In this document: piece after piece, positions 55,702-63,473 of the stretch
Numbering within the stretch: position 1 is the stretch's first letter
Layout of the letters: the number at the start of each line of letters is the position of its first letter
Sequence record: NC_100327.1
Length of the DNA stretch: 64,000 nucleotides
DNA from: a phage
Strand: one strand, 5' to 3'
Translations under genes and position numbers: made by a program
Notes under the pieces: generated by a model
The model's database searches: none
What the model was told of the DNA's origin: nothing
The model's input: only the letters and a program-made list of their open reading frames with translations

Positions 55702-55945
55702 AATTCTTGATTCTAACGTCTACTTGGGACAATCCTTCCTGAAGGGAAAGGTCGTTCCTGCGGTATACTTTGAAGGGTTGCCGTGGGATGATCCTGTTCG
55801 GCAACATCACAGTTATGTAGGCCACAACGTAGTGTTTATCTTAGGAGCAGACCTGATCACCGCTGGTGCACCTGAATATTATTTCGGGGAAGAGTCCTAT
55901 TATGCCTTTGGGGTAGGGTCAGATGCAGATATTGTAGAGCTGTGA
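55691..55945 (+). CDS. small acidic protein, paralog family A
   Basis: 84 aa; MKVKILDSNVYLGQ...VVFILGADLITAGA...DADIVEL. Confidence 0.55.
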   Translation: MKVKILDSNVYLGQSFLKGKVVPAVYFEGLPWDDPVRQHHSYVGHNVVFILGADLITAGAPEYYFGEESYYAFGVGSDADIVEL

Positions 55946-55957
55946 TGGGTAACCGTT

Positions 55958-56356
55958 GTGAAAAATAAACTGTTCAAAGTTACAATGAAAATTCGCGGAG
56001 CTTGGAGCATAAAGCAAGGGCGTATTCCAGAATTTGAGAAAGACTTCTACGTAGTCTCCACCTCGGAGGAGGCTGCATGCTGGCAAGCTGGCTATGCCTA
56101 TGCAAGAACCTGGTACGAAGGATACCAGACTGGGGGCTATGACGGAGAAATTATCAGCAAGGGTGTAGAAGAAATTAATGTGTTGACAAGTGAAAAAGTT
56201 TTTGTTATAGTGCATCCAGATTCCAGAGTGAAGCATTACTGGAATGCCAGAACAAAAACTTGGACACCGTTTGCAGATTCTGCTACACCACTTTTAAACC
56301 AGAAAGCTCTTGACTCTGTCCCGAGCTATGGGGTTGTTGAAGAAAAGCTAAACTGA
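55958..56356 (+). CDS. paralog family B protein (~130 aa)
   Basis: GTG start; C-terminal region HPDSRVKHYWNARTKTWTPF parallels 58163..58558. Confidence 0.5.
   Translation: MKNKLFKVTMKIRGAWSIKQGRIPEFEKDFYVVSTSEEAACWQAGYAYARTWYEGYQTGGYDGEIISKGVEEINVLTSEKVFVIVHPDSRVKHYWNARTKTWTPFADSATPLLNQKALDSVPSYGVVEEKLN
56183..56211 (+). promoter_or_regulatory. sigma70-type promoter inside coding sequence
   Basis: TTGACA - 17 nt - TATAGT. Confidence 0.4.
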
Positions 56357-56373
56357 AACAGTGGGGTACTAAC

Positions 56374-56664
56374 ATGATGGATTTAGTTCTGGACACTGAT
56401 AACACCGGAGCGTTTAAAAAGGATGGTGTAACAAGCGTTGACCAATCCTTCCCTGCCAAGATTGACTCAAAATGGACCTACAAGTTTGATGGAGAGATCT
56501 TCGCAAATGATGAGAAGGTTGTAGATGCTGCAGCCATTTTGAACGCTCTAGGGTACGACCCTGTGAATTCTTTGATCAAGGATCCTGTTGAGTTTGCAGA
56601 GTATGTTCGAAAAATGGCAGATCTTGCTGTGGATATTTTAAAAACTATCGACAACAATCTGTAA
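56374..56664 (+). CDS. hypothetical protein
   Basis: 96 aa, ATG with GGGG RBS. Confidence 0.5.
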   Translation: MMDLVLDTDNTGAFKKDGVTSVDQSFPAKIDSKWTYKFDGEIFANDEKVVDAAAILNALGYDPVNSLIKDPVEFAEYVRKMADLAVDILKTIDNNL

Positions 56665-56670
56665 AAACTG

Positions 56671-56699
56671 TTGACACAACGCTTCAGATTTAGTATCAT
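56671..56699 (+). promoter_or_regulatory. sigma70-type promoter
   Basis: TTGACA - 17 nt - TATCAT. Confidence 0.6.
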
Positions 56700-56746
56700 T
56701 GTTTTCAAAGAGGGTTTGGTTCCCTCTTCTTTAAAAGGAACACGTT

Positions 56747-57064
56747 ATGCAAATTGAAATCACTGGCAACGTAGAAATCACTGAAGGTATGGTGTCTTTC
56801 ATTTCCCACAAAATGTCTAAGCTGGAGCGTTTGCATCCCTCTGCCAACTATGCACGTGTGAGTGTAAAAGTTGAAAATGATCACCAGGAAGTTATGGCGT
56901 TCATTTTTGACAATTCTGGAAAAGAAGTTATTGCCAAAGCTAAAGGCAGTGATGCTTACGAGGCAACTGACCGTATGGTAGATGTTGCAGCACGTCAGCT
57001 GGCTAAATGCGGTGGAAAGAAAGGTAAGGGGAAAGGCAAAGTAAAGATTGACTTTGGAGAATGA
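56747..57064 (+). CDS. ribosome hibernation factor-like protein (HPF/RaiA/YfiA family)
   Basis: 105 aa; MQIEITGNVEITEG...KLER...VKVEN...AKGSDAYEATDRMVDVAARQLAK parallels E. coli HPF as recalled; Gly/Lys-rich tail. Confidence 0.7.
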   Translation: MQIEITGNVEITEGMVSFISHKMSKLERLHPSANYARVSVKVENDHQEVMAFIFDNSGKEVIAKAKGSDAYEATDRMVDVAARQLAKCGGKKGKGKGKVKIDFGE

Positions 57065-57073
57065 GGTGCTACA

Positions 57074-57175
57074 ATGGGTGTGATTAAGAAATTAGTCCCA
57101 AATGTAGAGATTGCATGCTTTGAAATTATGTTTGCAATCGCAGTTGTAGTTAATGTGTTAGGTTACGGCTATTAA
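57074..57175 (+). CDS. hydrophobic micro-peptide (33 aa, candidate)
   Basis: Found by hand; ATG after GAGGTG; MGVIKKLVPNVEIACFEIMFAIAVVVNVLGYGY. Confidence 0.35.
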   Translation: MGVIKKLVPNVEIACFEIMFAIAVVVNVLGYGY

Positions 57176-57201
57176 TATCAAATAATTGAGGAGACCTCTA
57201 A

Positions 57202-57471
57202 ATGAAAATTAAATTATTCAAAACTGAGCTGGCAGACAAAAACTGTGGACTGGTTGAAGGTATGATTGTCGAAGCACAACCAGTTGACTATATGAAGGTG
57301 GTTCGTGATGCCCTGGGTGAAGGTTTTGATCTGATGGAGCCAGCTCTGCGAGAAGATGTTATCGAGATGGCTAAAAAGCACACACCTGAAGGCATGGTGG
57401 TGTTTGTTGCACCGGGTAACGGAGAAGAGTTGATTGTAACTCCGGATGTGTATGAGATTGTAGAGGAATAA
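57202..57471 (+). CDS. small acidic protein, paralog family A
   Basis: 89 aa, ATG with GAGGAG RBS; MKIKLFK...MVVFVAPGNGEELIV...EIVEE. Confidence 0.5.
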   Translation: MKIKLFKTELADKNCGLVEGMIVEAQPVDYMKVVRDALGEGFDLMEPALREDVIEMAKKHTPEGMVVFVAPGNGEELIVTPDVYEIVEE

Positions 57472-57492
57472 CCCTGCTTGGATTAGCATACT

Positions 57493-57515
57493 TCCTCGAT
57501 AAGGAAGGTTTGTAA
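57493..57515 (+). terminator. hairpin terminator
   Basis: CTTCCT-cgata-AGGAAG followed by GTTTG. Confidence 0.4.
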
Positions 57516-57562
57516 TTATTTGTGGGAAAGGAATCCCAATCTCTTACCAGAGGTGATACTAT

Positions 57563-57826
57563 ATGATTGTTTATTTTAAAACTTCAGGTGGATACCCTGA
57601 TTCTCAAAGCTTGATCGGAAAAACGTGCACAGCATACTCACCTCTTGATGAGGAGGTAGGCGATATTCTACGAAATATGTATCGGATTGATCCTCAAGAA
57701 GCTTTTGATCAAAACCTTGTATTTGTCAAGGGCTCAGACATGAAGTCTTTGGGAGCATTCCCTGAAGCAGATGATGATGCCGTTTATTCGTTCATGACCC
57801 CTTTTGAAGCTATGGTTGTTGGGTGA
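57563..57826 (+). CDS. small acidic protein, paralog family A
   Basis: 87 aa, ATG with AGAGGTG RBS; LVFVKGSDMKSLGAF motif. Confidence 0.5.
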   Translation: MIVYFKTSGGYPDSQSLIGKTCTAYSPLDEEVGDILRNMYRIDPQEAFDQNLVFVKGSDMKSLGAFPEADDDAVYSFMTPFEAMVVG

Positions 57827-57830
57827 TAAT

Positions 57831-58163
57831 ATGAAAGTACGCTTTATTGGTGAAACAATTCCTGTGCATCTCCGGTCTCCTGAGGATTCTGCAGATCTTG
57901 CATCTCAAAAGGCGAGAGGTTATGATAAGAAAGTAACCTCAACCGATGTAGTGCTTGAGGCTACCAGTCTACCTGACCCTGCTGCATTCTTTAATCATTA
58001 TGGGTACTATTTCAGCAATCTGATGAATATCGGTGAGCTTGTGTTTATTAGTGGTGAAGAGATTGTTAGCAAGCTTGGCGGCGATCCAGATGTCTTTCAT
58101 GAAACCTGTCCTTTTGCATTTGTGGTAGGTTCAGATGTGGAAGTTATTGAGGAGGTGCGGTAA
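57831..58163 (+). CDS. small acidic protein, paralog family A
   Basis: ORF track 57804..58163; ATG (MKVRFIGE) with GGGTGA RBS; LVFISGEEIVSKLGG and VGSDVEVIEE motifs. Confidence 0.5.
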   Translation: MKVRFIGETIPVHLRSPEDSADLASQKARGYDKKVTSTDVVLEATSLPDPAAFFNHYGYYFSNLMNIGELVFISGEEIVSKLGGDPDVFHETCPFAFVVGSDVEVIEEVR

Positions 58164-58558
58164 TGGTAAGCCTATACCGTGTTGAGTATAGCTCAGATAC
58201 TGTATACAACGTAAGAAGCAAAGATCGCAGCGACAGAGTGCAAGAAATGTATGTTCTTGCCGACAGTCCGTTATCTGCAGCGTTCAAGGCAGGGGCTCTT
58301 GCATCTCGTTGGAAATTTGAAGGGGGATCTTTCTATGAAGAAACCCTTGAAGATTCTGTTGTTATTTCTTCTGTAGAGGTTTCAGACGACTACGAAGGGA
58401 AAAAGTTCGTAATGCGGCACCCACACAGCAACATTGCGTACTACTGGGATGTTCTGAACAACGAGTGGACCCCAGATCTTCAGAAGGCTACTGTGCTAAC
58501 ACCGTTTTTGGCAGATAAGTTCCCACCAGAAGGTAATTTATCCGCACTGTTTCAGTAA
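58163..58558 (+). CDS. paralog family B protein (~130 aa)
   Basis: 131 aa, ATG with GGAGGTG RBS; HPHSNIAYYWDVLNNEWTPD parallels 55958..56356. Confidence 0.5.
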   Translation: MVSLYRVEYSSDTVYNVRSKDRSDRVQEMYVLADSPLSAAFKAGALASRWKFEGGSFYEETLEDSVVISSVEVSDDYEGKKFVMRHPHSNIAYYWDVLNNEWTPDLQKATVLTPFLADKFPPEGNLSALFQ

Positions 58559-58576
58559 TTTTCTTGCACACAGGTG

Positions 58577-58605
58577 TTGACAACTCCAACCCTGTGTGAA
58601 ATAAT
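58577..58605 (+). promoter_or_regulatory. sigma70-type promoter
   Basis: TTGACA - 17 nt - AATAAT. Confidence 0.5.
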
Positions 58606-58637
58606 ACCTTCATCTTAACAAGACAGGAGACCGATTG

Positions 58638-58895
58638 ATGAAGATTAAATTGAAAAACCTTGAAACGGCAGAGATTCAGGACGGTGTTGATTTCCGTTCT
58701 AAAGATGGTGACATCTTAGAGGTAAATATTCCAACCTACGAGCTGATTAAAGGTTTTGGCAACGTTCCGGAAGAGGATATTACAGAAATTCTTATGATGT
58801 TGATTCTTGACGGAACTGTGTTTGTAGGTGAAGGTGAGAACGCTATTGCAATCCCAGGCCATTTTTATGAAGTAGTTGACGAAGAGGTGCTGTAA
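58638..58895 (+). CDS. small acidic protein, paralog family A
   Basis: ORF track 58635..58895; ATG; MKIKLKN...TVFVGEGENAIAI...EVVDEEV. Confidence 0.5.
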   Translation: MKIKLKNLETAEIQDGVDFRSKDGDILEVNIPTYELIKGFGNVPEEDITEILMMLILDGTVFVGEGENAIAIPGHFYEVVDEEVL

Positions 58896-59246
58896 ATGAA
58901 AGTAGAAATTACCGGTTTTGATGTGAATGTGGTTCCGGAAGATATTTTAGCTAAACTTCCAGAAGGTTTTGGTAACGGCGTTGTGGTGGATGCTGTTCCT
59001 CCTACCAAAGACATTCTGCTGCAGTATGGTGTAGCAGAGGAAGATGTCGATAAAGTTCTTACAATGATGGCAATCGATCGTGTTGTCGTTGTTAAAGGTC
59101 TCGATAATTTTGAGAGTGATCCCCTGATTATTCGTGGAGATGACTACAAAATCATCGATAATGAAGGCCAAGAGTTCTATGAGCCTTGTGCAGAAGATAT
59201 TCTTAACTTATTACTGGAAGCAGGCACCGAAGAGGAGGACGAATAA
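58896..59246 (+). CDS. small acidic protein, paralog family A (divergent)
   Basis: 116 aa, ATG with GAGGTG RBS; MKVEIT...RVVVVKGLDN...; Glu/Asp-rich tail. Confidence 0.45.
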   Translation: MKVEITGFDVNVVPEDILAKLPEGFGNGVVVDAVPPTKDILLQYGVAEEDVDKVLTMMAIDRVVVVKGLDNFESDPLIIRGDDYKIIDNEGQEFYEPCAEDILNLLLEAGTEEEDE

Positions 59247-59575
59247 TGAAGATTGACCCGTTACTGAAGGCTCGTGCAGAAAAAGCGTACACCATTAAGT
59301 TGACCAACCTGGTTCCTACTTGTCATCCGGATGTAGGTTGGCCCGAAGGTTTGGTGGAGGGAACTGTAACAGCTGCATACCTTCCTAACATCAAATACCT
59401 TATGGAAATCTTGGAGCTGGATGAGGAAACTGCAGAACAGTTCCAGTTGGATATGAAACAAAGTGGGACTCTGGTTATTCACGGGTGGTACAATACTAAA
59501 GATGCAGAAGACCCTCTGGTAACTTCTAATCTGGCATATGAAATCTTAGGACCTTTGAACCTGGAGAAAGACTAA
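59246..59575 (+). CDS. small acidic protein (family A-like)
   Basis: 109 aa, ATG with GAGGAGG RBS. Confidence 0.45.
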   Translation: MKIDPLLKARAEKAYTIKLTNLVPTCHPDVGWPEGLVEGTVTAAYLPNIKYLMEILELDEETAEQFQLDMKQSGTLVIHGWYNTKDAEDPLVTSNLAYEILGPLNLEKD

Positions 59576-59862
59576 TGAAAGATCTGGTTAAGATTAAGAT
59601 TAAAGATACCAATGGAGAACTCAGTCATTTTGGAATTAATGATGGTGACGAGCTGATCGCACACCTGCCTACCAAGGAAGTTGTAAGCAAAGCAGTTGCC
59701 GGAGAAGAAGATGCAATGCAGGCTGCAGGTGTGGATGAAAACTATGTAGCCATGTGCATGTGCCGAGATCAGGTTGTTCTGTATAAAGCGTATCGACCAA
59801 ACGGAGCCACGGAGTGGCTTGTATTCCGACCCGAAGGATATGAAATCTTAGAGGCACTATGA
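59575..59862 (+). CDS. small acidic protein (family A-like)
   Basis: 95 aa, ATG with GGAGAAAG RBS; MKDLVKIKIK start. Confidence 0.45.
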   Translation: MKDLVKIKIKDTNGELSHFGINDGDELIAHLPTKEVVSKAVAGEEDAMQAAGVDENYVAMCMCRDQVVLYKAYRPNGATEWLVFRPEGYEILEAL

Positions 59863-59951
59863 TAAATCTTGCCAAGGTTGCAACGGCACTGTTAATTATT
59901 TGCTGGTCTGTAACCTTAACACTGTGTCTTGTATTTCAGTGAGGTGCTTGT

Positions 59952-60215
59952 ATGAACATCCTGATGTGGGTTATAGCAGTGGCGTTTGTTGCATGTTTTT
60001 GCTGCTGGGTTGCGGTGAGGATTTCTGTAGCTACCCTTCGGAAGTTGGGGTTCTCAGAATGGGATATTAATATCCTTTCTTTTCGCAATGAAACAATCTC
60101 AGCCGCCCTGCTTTGTAAGAAATTCAAGTGGGAACCTTGTGAGGTCATGAGCTATCTAAGAACAGGCGATATCCCTGAAAGATTTAAAAAAGTTCTTGAC
60201 GGCAAGGATAAATGA
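59952..60215 (+). CDS. small membrane protein
   Basis: 87 aa, ATG with GAGGTG RBS; N-terminal TM ILMWVIAVAFVACFCCWVAV. Confidence 0.5.
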   Translation: MNILMWVIAVAFVACFCCWVAVRISVATLRKLGFSEWDINILSFRNETISAALLCKKFKWEPCEVMSYLRTGDIPERFKKVLDGKDK

Positions 60216-60243
60216 CAGTATAGTGACTAACAAGAGGTGAGGA

Positions 60244-60384
60244 GTGACTGATTTTACTGAAGCTTTAATGATGGCCTTGTCTGTTTTAGCGCTATCGGTG
60301 TGTTTTGGGGCGTTATTCACATCTCTGGTTAAAGTTTTACATACAGTATTATTACCCAAGGAGCGCAGTAATGACGAAGATTGA
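60244..60384 (+). CDS. hydrophobic micro-peptide (46 aa, candidate)
   Basis: Found by hand; GTG after AAGAGGTGAGGA; ...MMALSVLALSVCFGALFTSLVKVL... Confidence 0.3.
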   Translation: MTDFTEALMMALSVLALSVCFGALFTSLVKVLHTVLLPKERSNDED

Positions 60385-60622
60385 CTTGAATGCTGGCGAC
60401 CATGTTGTTGTCAAATGCATCGGAGATTATCTTGGATTCACAATCGGCAATACTTACGAGGCGGTAGTGGCGAAGGTTTATCATGATAAAGTCCTCAGTC
60501 TTGTATTTGACTGCGATGATGATGGAGATGACCGATACGTCTGTGAGGTGCTGGCACGAGACGACAGTGAAGACCAGAAATTCCTGGTTATTGAACTGAA
60601 CGGTATTTTTGTAGAACGTTAA
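60371..60622 (+). CDS. hypothetical acidic protein
   Basis: ORF track 60305..60622; ATG (MTKIDLNAG) with AAGGAG RBS. Confidence 0.5.
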   Translation: MTKIDLNAGDHVVVKCIGDYLGFTIGNTYEAVVAKVYHDKVLSLVFDCDDDGDDRYVCEVLARDDSEDQKFLVIELNGIFVER

Positions 60623-60650
60623 TTTAAAACAACATAAGGAGACTCTTACT

Positions 60651-60956
60651 ATGGCTAAATCTAAAGTTGAACTGTTCACCTCTCTTCCTTCTGACACTGC
60701 AGAGCGTGATCGCCTTCGCAAGACAATCGAAGAACTGGTGGAACTCCAACTTCAGATTAAAGATCTGAAAGATGCCATTAAGGATATCATTCTCGTTGAG
60801 AAGCAGGATCACCTGTATTCTCCTAAATTCATCAAATCTCTGGTGGCTACCGAGTTCGATATTCGCTATGAGGCTGAAAAACGTCGAGCTAAAATCGAAG
60901 AAGAGGTTGAGCACATGTCCGAGGCAGACATTCTGTTCAAACGCTCTGTAGAATAA
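60651..60956 (+). CDS. hypothetical coiled-coil protein
   Basis: 101 aa, ATG with AAGGAGA RBS. Confidence 0.5.
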   Translation: MAKSKVELFTSLPSDTAERDRLRKTIEELVELQLQIKDLKDAIKDIILVEKQDHLYSPKFIKSLVATEFDIRYEAEKRRAKIEEEVEHMSEADILFKRSVE

Positions 60957-60966
60957 TGACAAATAG

Positions 60967-60992
60967 AGGGGCTTGGGCCCCTCTTTTTACTA
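60967..60992 (+). terminator. rho-independent terminator
   Basis: AGAGGGGC-ttg-GGCCCCTCT followed by TTTTACT. Confidence 0.65.
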
Positions 60993-61011
60993 TCTATGAA
61001 GGAGATTTGAG

Positions 61012-61344
61012 ATGGGTATACCGATCACTGTAAAAGAATTGAATGAACGTGATGCAGGTGGTCTATGGCCTGCACGAAAAATACGCTGCATCCGTATGAA
61101 AGAGAACCTTGAGCATCTTGAGCAACAGAAACGGATTGAGGTTGGTGATATTTTCGAAGTATTTTATTCTGATCGCCGTAACTGGGAAACCATTCAACCT
61201 TCCGGTTTTGTTCTTGCTAAGCTTGACACTGGAGAAGTGATTGTTCCTGGGTTGGATATTGTCTTCGAAATTATCCAGGAGTGGGATCCGGACAAGATTA
61301 GATACGAAGAGCTATTCGGTGAAGGTATTATCAAACCTGTGTGA
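61012..61344 (+). CDS. hypothetical protein
   Basis: 110 aa, ATG with GAAGGAGA RBS. Confidence 0.5.
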   Translation: MGIPITVKELNERDAGGLWPARKIRCIRMKENLEHLEQQKRIEVGDIFEVFYSDRRNWETIQPSGFVLAKLDTGEVIVPGLDIVFEIIQEWDPDKIRYEELFGEGIIKPV

Positions 61345-61352
61345 GGTGGATT

Positions 61353-61652
61353 ATGTCTACAAAGGCGGCTAAATACTCCTACATGCCATCAACCTCTGCA
61401 GAGGTAGACTTTAGTTTCGATGTGTTTCCACTGTTTGAGGTGGTTCTGGCATACCCAACAATACTATCTACTCCTGAATCACTTGTGCCTGTTAAGTTGC
61501 AGAACGCTATGCATTCCATGCACTACAACAACAAATGTAGGCACAGATGGTGTCAGGACGAGGAAAAAGATTTGGATAGTTTGAGAGATTTTGACAGTCA
61601 CCTTTTGACACCTTTCAGCTACTCCAACCTTGATAAGCCCTCGTGGGTATAG
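61353..61652 (+). CDS. hypothetical protein
   Basis: ORF track 61341..61652; ATG at codon 5 with GAGGTGG RBS. Confidence 0.45.
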   Translation: MSTKAAKYSYMPSTSAEVDFSFDVFPLFEVVLAYPTILSTPESLVPVKLQNAMHSMHYNNKCRHRWCQDEEKDLDSLRDFDSHLLTPFSYSNLDKPSWV

Positions 61653-61669
61653 CAAAATATCAAATTTAA

Positions 61670-61700
61670 GACACCTAGGACGCTCTGTGGCGTCCTTTTC
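61670..61700 (+). terminator. rho-independent terminator
   Basis: AGGACGC-tctgtg-GCGTCCT followed by TTTCTTT. Confidence 0.55.
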
Positions 61701-61865
61701 TTTATCTGGTGCACGATTGCATACCTTGGGCAGTTAATCTCATTACAGAGCGTTTAAGAGCTCCCTACAAACAACTCCATATTTCGAGCGTAGCGAGAAC
61801 GCACGTCCGTTTTGACCCAAATCACCATACGCTCGGATTTTAACCAAACCCTCGCGGCGTTTCTG

Positions 61866-61894
61866 TTGACACATTACCGATCCAGTGATAGTAT
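61866..61894 (+). promoter_or_regulatory. sigma70-type promoter
   Basis: TTGACA - 17 nt - TAGTAT. Confidence 0.55.
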
Positions 61895-61926
61895 CCACAC
61901 ATAGTTTGTAGAATATGGAGTACACA

Positions 61927-62016
61927 ATGAGAACATTGTCCGAAGTTTTAGTGGTGATCCTGATGATCATTACGTCCATAGCGGCTGTTGCCGGAATACT
62001 CACGGGTGGAACATGA
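61927..62016 (+). CDS. hydrophobic micro-peptide (29 aa)
   Basis: Found by hand; ATG with GGAG RBS downstream of promoter; MRTLSEVLVVILMIITSIAAVAGILTGGT; stop overlaps next start (ATGA). Confidence 0.4.
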   Translation: MRTLSEVLVVILMIITSIAAVAGILTGGT

Positions 62017-62225
62017 TCAACACACATGTATCTGAAGAGACATCCGAAGGAGTGACCATATGTCCCTTGGATGAGCCAGTTAAAGAGGAAAACTTATATT
62101 CTGAGGACTCTTCATCTTCGTCCCAGACAGATCCTGAGGCTGATGACCTGACGTGGGAGGACATCGTAGATATCTGGTTCTCTATTATGCCTGAGCACGA
62201 AGAGTTCAGAGGTGGTAGACTATGA
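62013..62225 (+). CDS. small acidic protein
   Basis: 70 aa, ATG; Ser/Asp/Glu-rich. Confidence 0.45.
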   Translation: MINTHVSEETSEGVTICPLDEPVKEENLYSEDSSSSSQTDPEADDLTWEDIVDIWFSIMPEHEEFRGGRL

Positions 62226-62346
62226 AGCACCGAGCCCACACAGGTTCCTCATGCTAAAGCATGGCCTGAAGAGGAAAACGTGCATAATTCCTGTGCATTG
62301 GGACGTATAAAACCCTGTTCACACTCTCATTTCCAGAGGAGATTTT

Positions 62347-62562
62347 ATGAAGATAGAAATATTTGGTGGAGCTGACAACACTCGTGGCCTGATTTACCTT
62401 GAATTCGATGAATCATACCTGCCAGAGGTGTTAAATATAGACTCTGTTGCTGATGCTTTGGGAGTAAACCCTAAAGAACTCCACTCTTGTGCTGAGATCG
62501 ATGGTTGGGAGGAGACCATGAACATTGATTTCAGTGAAGTAGAGGATGAACCGCTGGACTGA
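62347..62562 (+). CDS. small acidic protein
   Basis: 71 aa, ATG with AGAGGAG RBS; MKIEIFGG start resembles family A N-termini. Confidence 0.45.
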   Translation: MKIEIFGGADNTRGLIYLEFDESYLPEVLNIDSVADALGVNPKELHSCAEIDGWEETMNIDFSEVEDEPLD

Positions 62563-62912
62563 CGCACAATTAGCTGCCCGGCCAAAGTGCTGGAAGCACC
62601 TATAACACATCTTTCAACTAAATTTCCCACCACCACAATCACTTACCTTCCACACATGACTGTTTGCTTGTTTAGTGAGCAGTCATGCCTTGACATTCTT
62701 GCCTATCCTGATAAAATTAAGTTCTTCTCTTTTCTTTTACCGAGTAATTCGGGTTTTCTGTTCTCTTCGGTTTGAAGGGGTATGGAGATACACCTGAGTG
62801 AACAGGGTGAACAACCGAACCATTGGCTATGGCATTAGCATGGCGAAGCGGACGGGTGACGAAAGAGGGGCCGGAGGACACCAGTCACTGCCATATGATA
62901 TATGGGTGATAA

Positions 62913-63473
62913 CCTGAAGAGTCTGAATAAGTGTTTAAGTACCAGTCAGAGGAAAAGGTGAATGGTAGCCGAAGGGGGGAGGGGGGTTTCTTGTATCTTT
63001 AATTTGTATATTATGTATACACTTGTAAACCAATCTCATCTGAATCTGTTTACCACACAAAGCGAATAGAGACAAATATTACCTATTAAACTTGAATTAT
63101 TTATAGAAAATACCACAACACCACTTAAGTCTTTGATTTTACACACAAATCCTACAGATATTCATCCTCCCTATTTAACATACCTGTAACATATTCCATA
63201 CTCTACCTGCCTGATCAATTTACCCAACCACATCCTCCATATTTTCCCTGTCTGTACTACCCCTGCCCCGCCGGGAGTCCCGTCATATCTGGCTTTCCAG
63301 CAAATATCGCACCCACAAATATCATTGCCTGAAGAGGGTTTCATCCCATAATACATGCCTTACCTGAAGAGCGCTTCATACACCACGTAAATTTTTTAAT
63401 TGACCTGCAATTTTCCCGTCATGACCCCATGCCCCGCCGGAGAGGTTGGCTTTTCCCACACAGACCTGAAGAG
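62913..63473. repeat. dispersed short direct repeats in non-coding DNA
   Basis: CCTGAAGAG at 62913, 63338, 63363, 63465; TGCCCCGCCGG near 63262 and 63430; TTGACCTG near 63400, 63505 and 63847; no credible ORF over ~1.4 kb. Confidence 0.55.

Noticed and set aside
61743-62239. Minus-strand track ORFs 61743..62027 and 62000..62239
   Set aside because: Antisense to a promoter-driven plus-strand micro-ORF and acidic gene; no RBS; the region is otherwise uniformly plus-strand coding.
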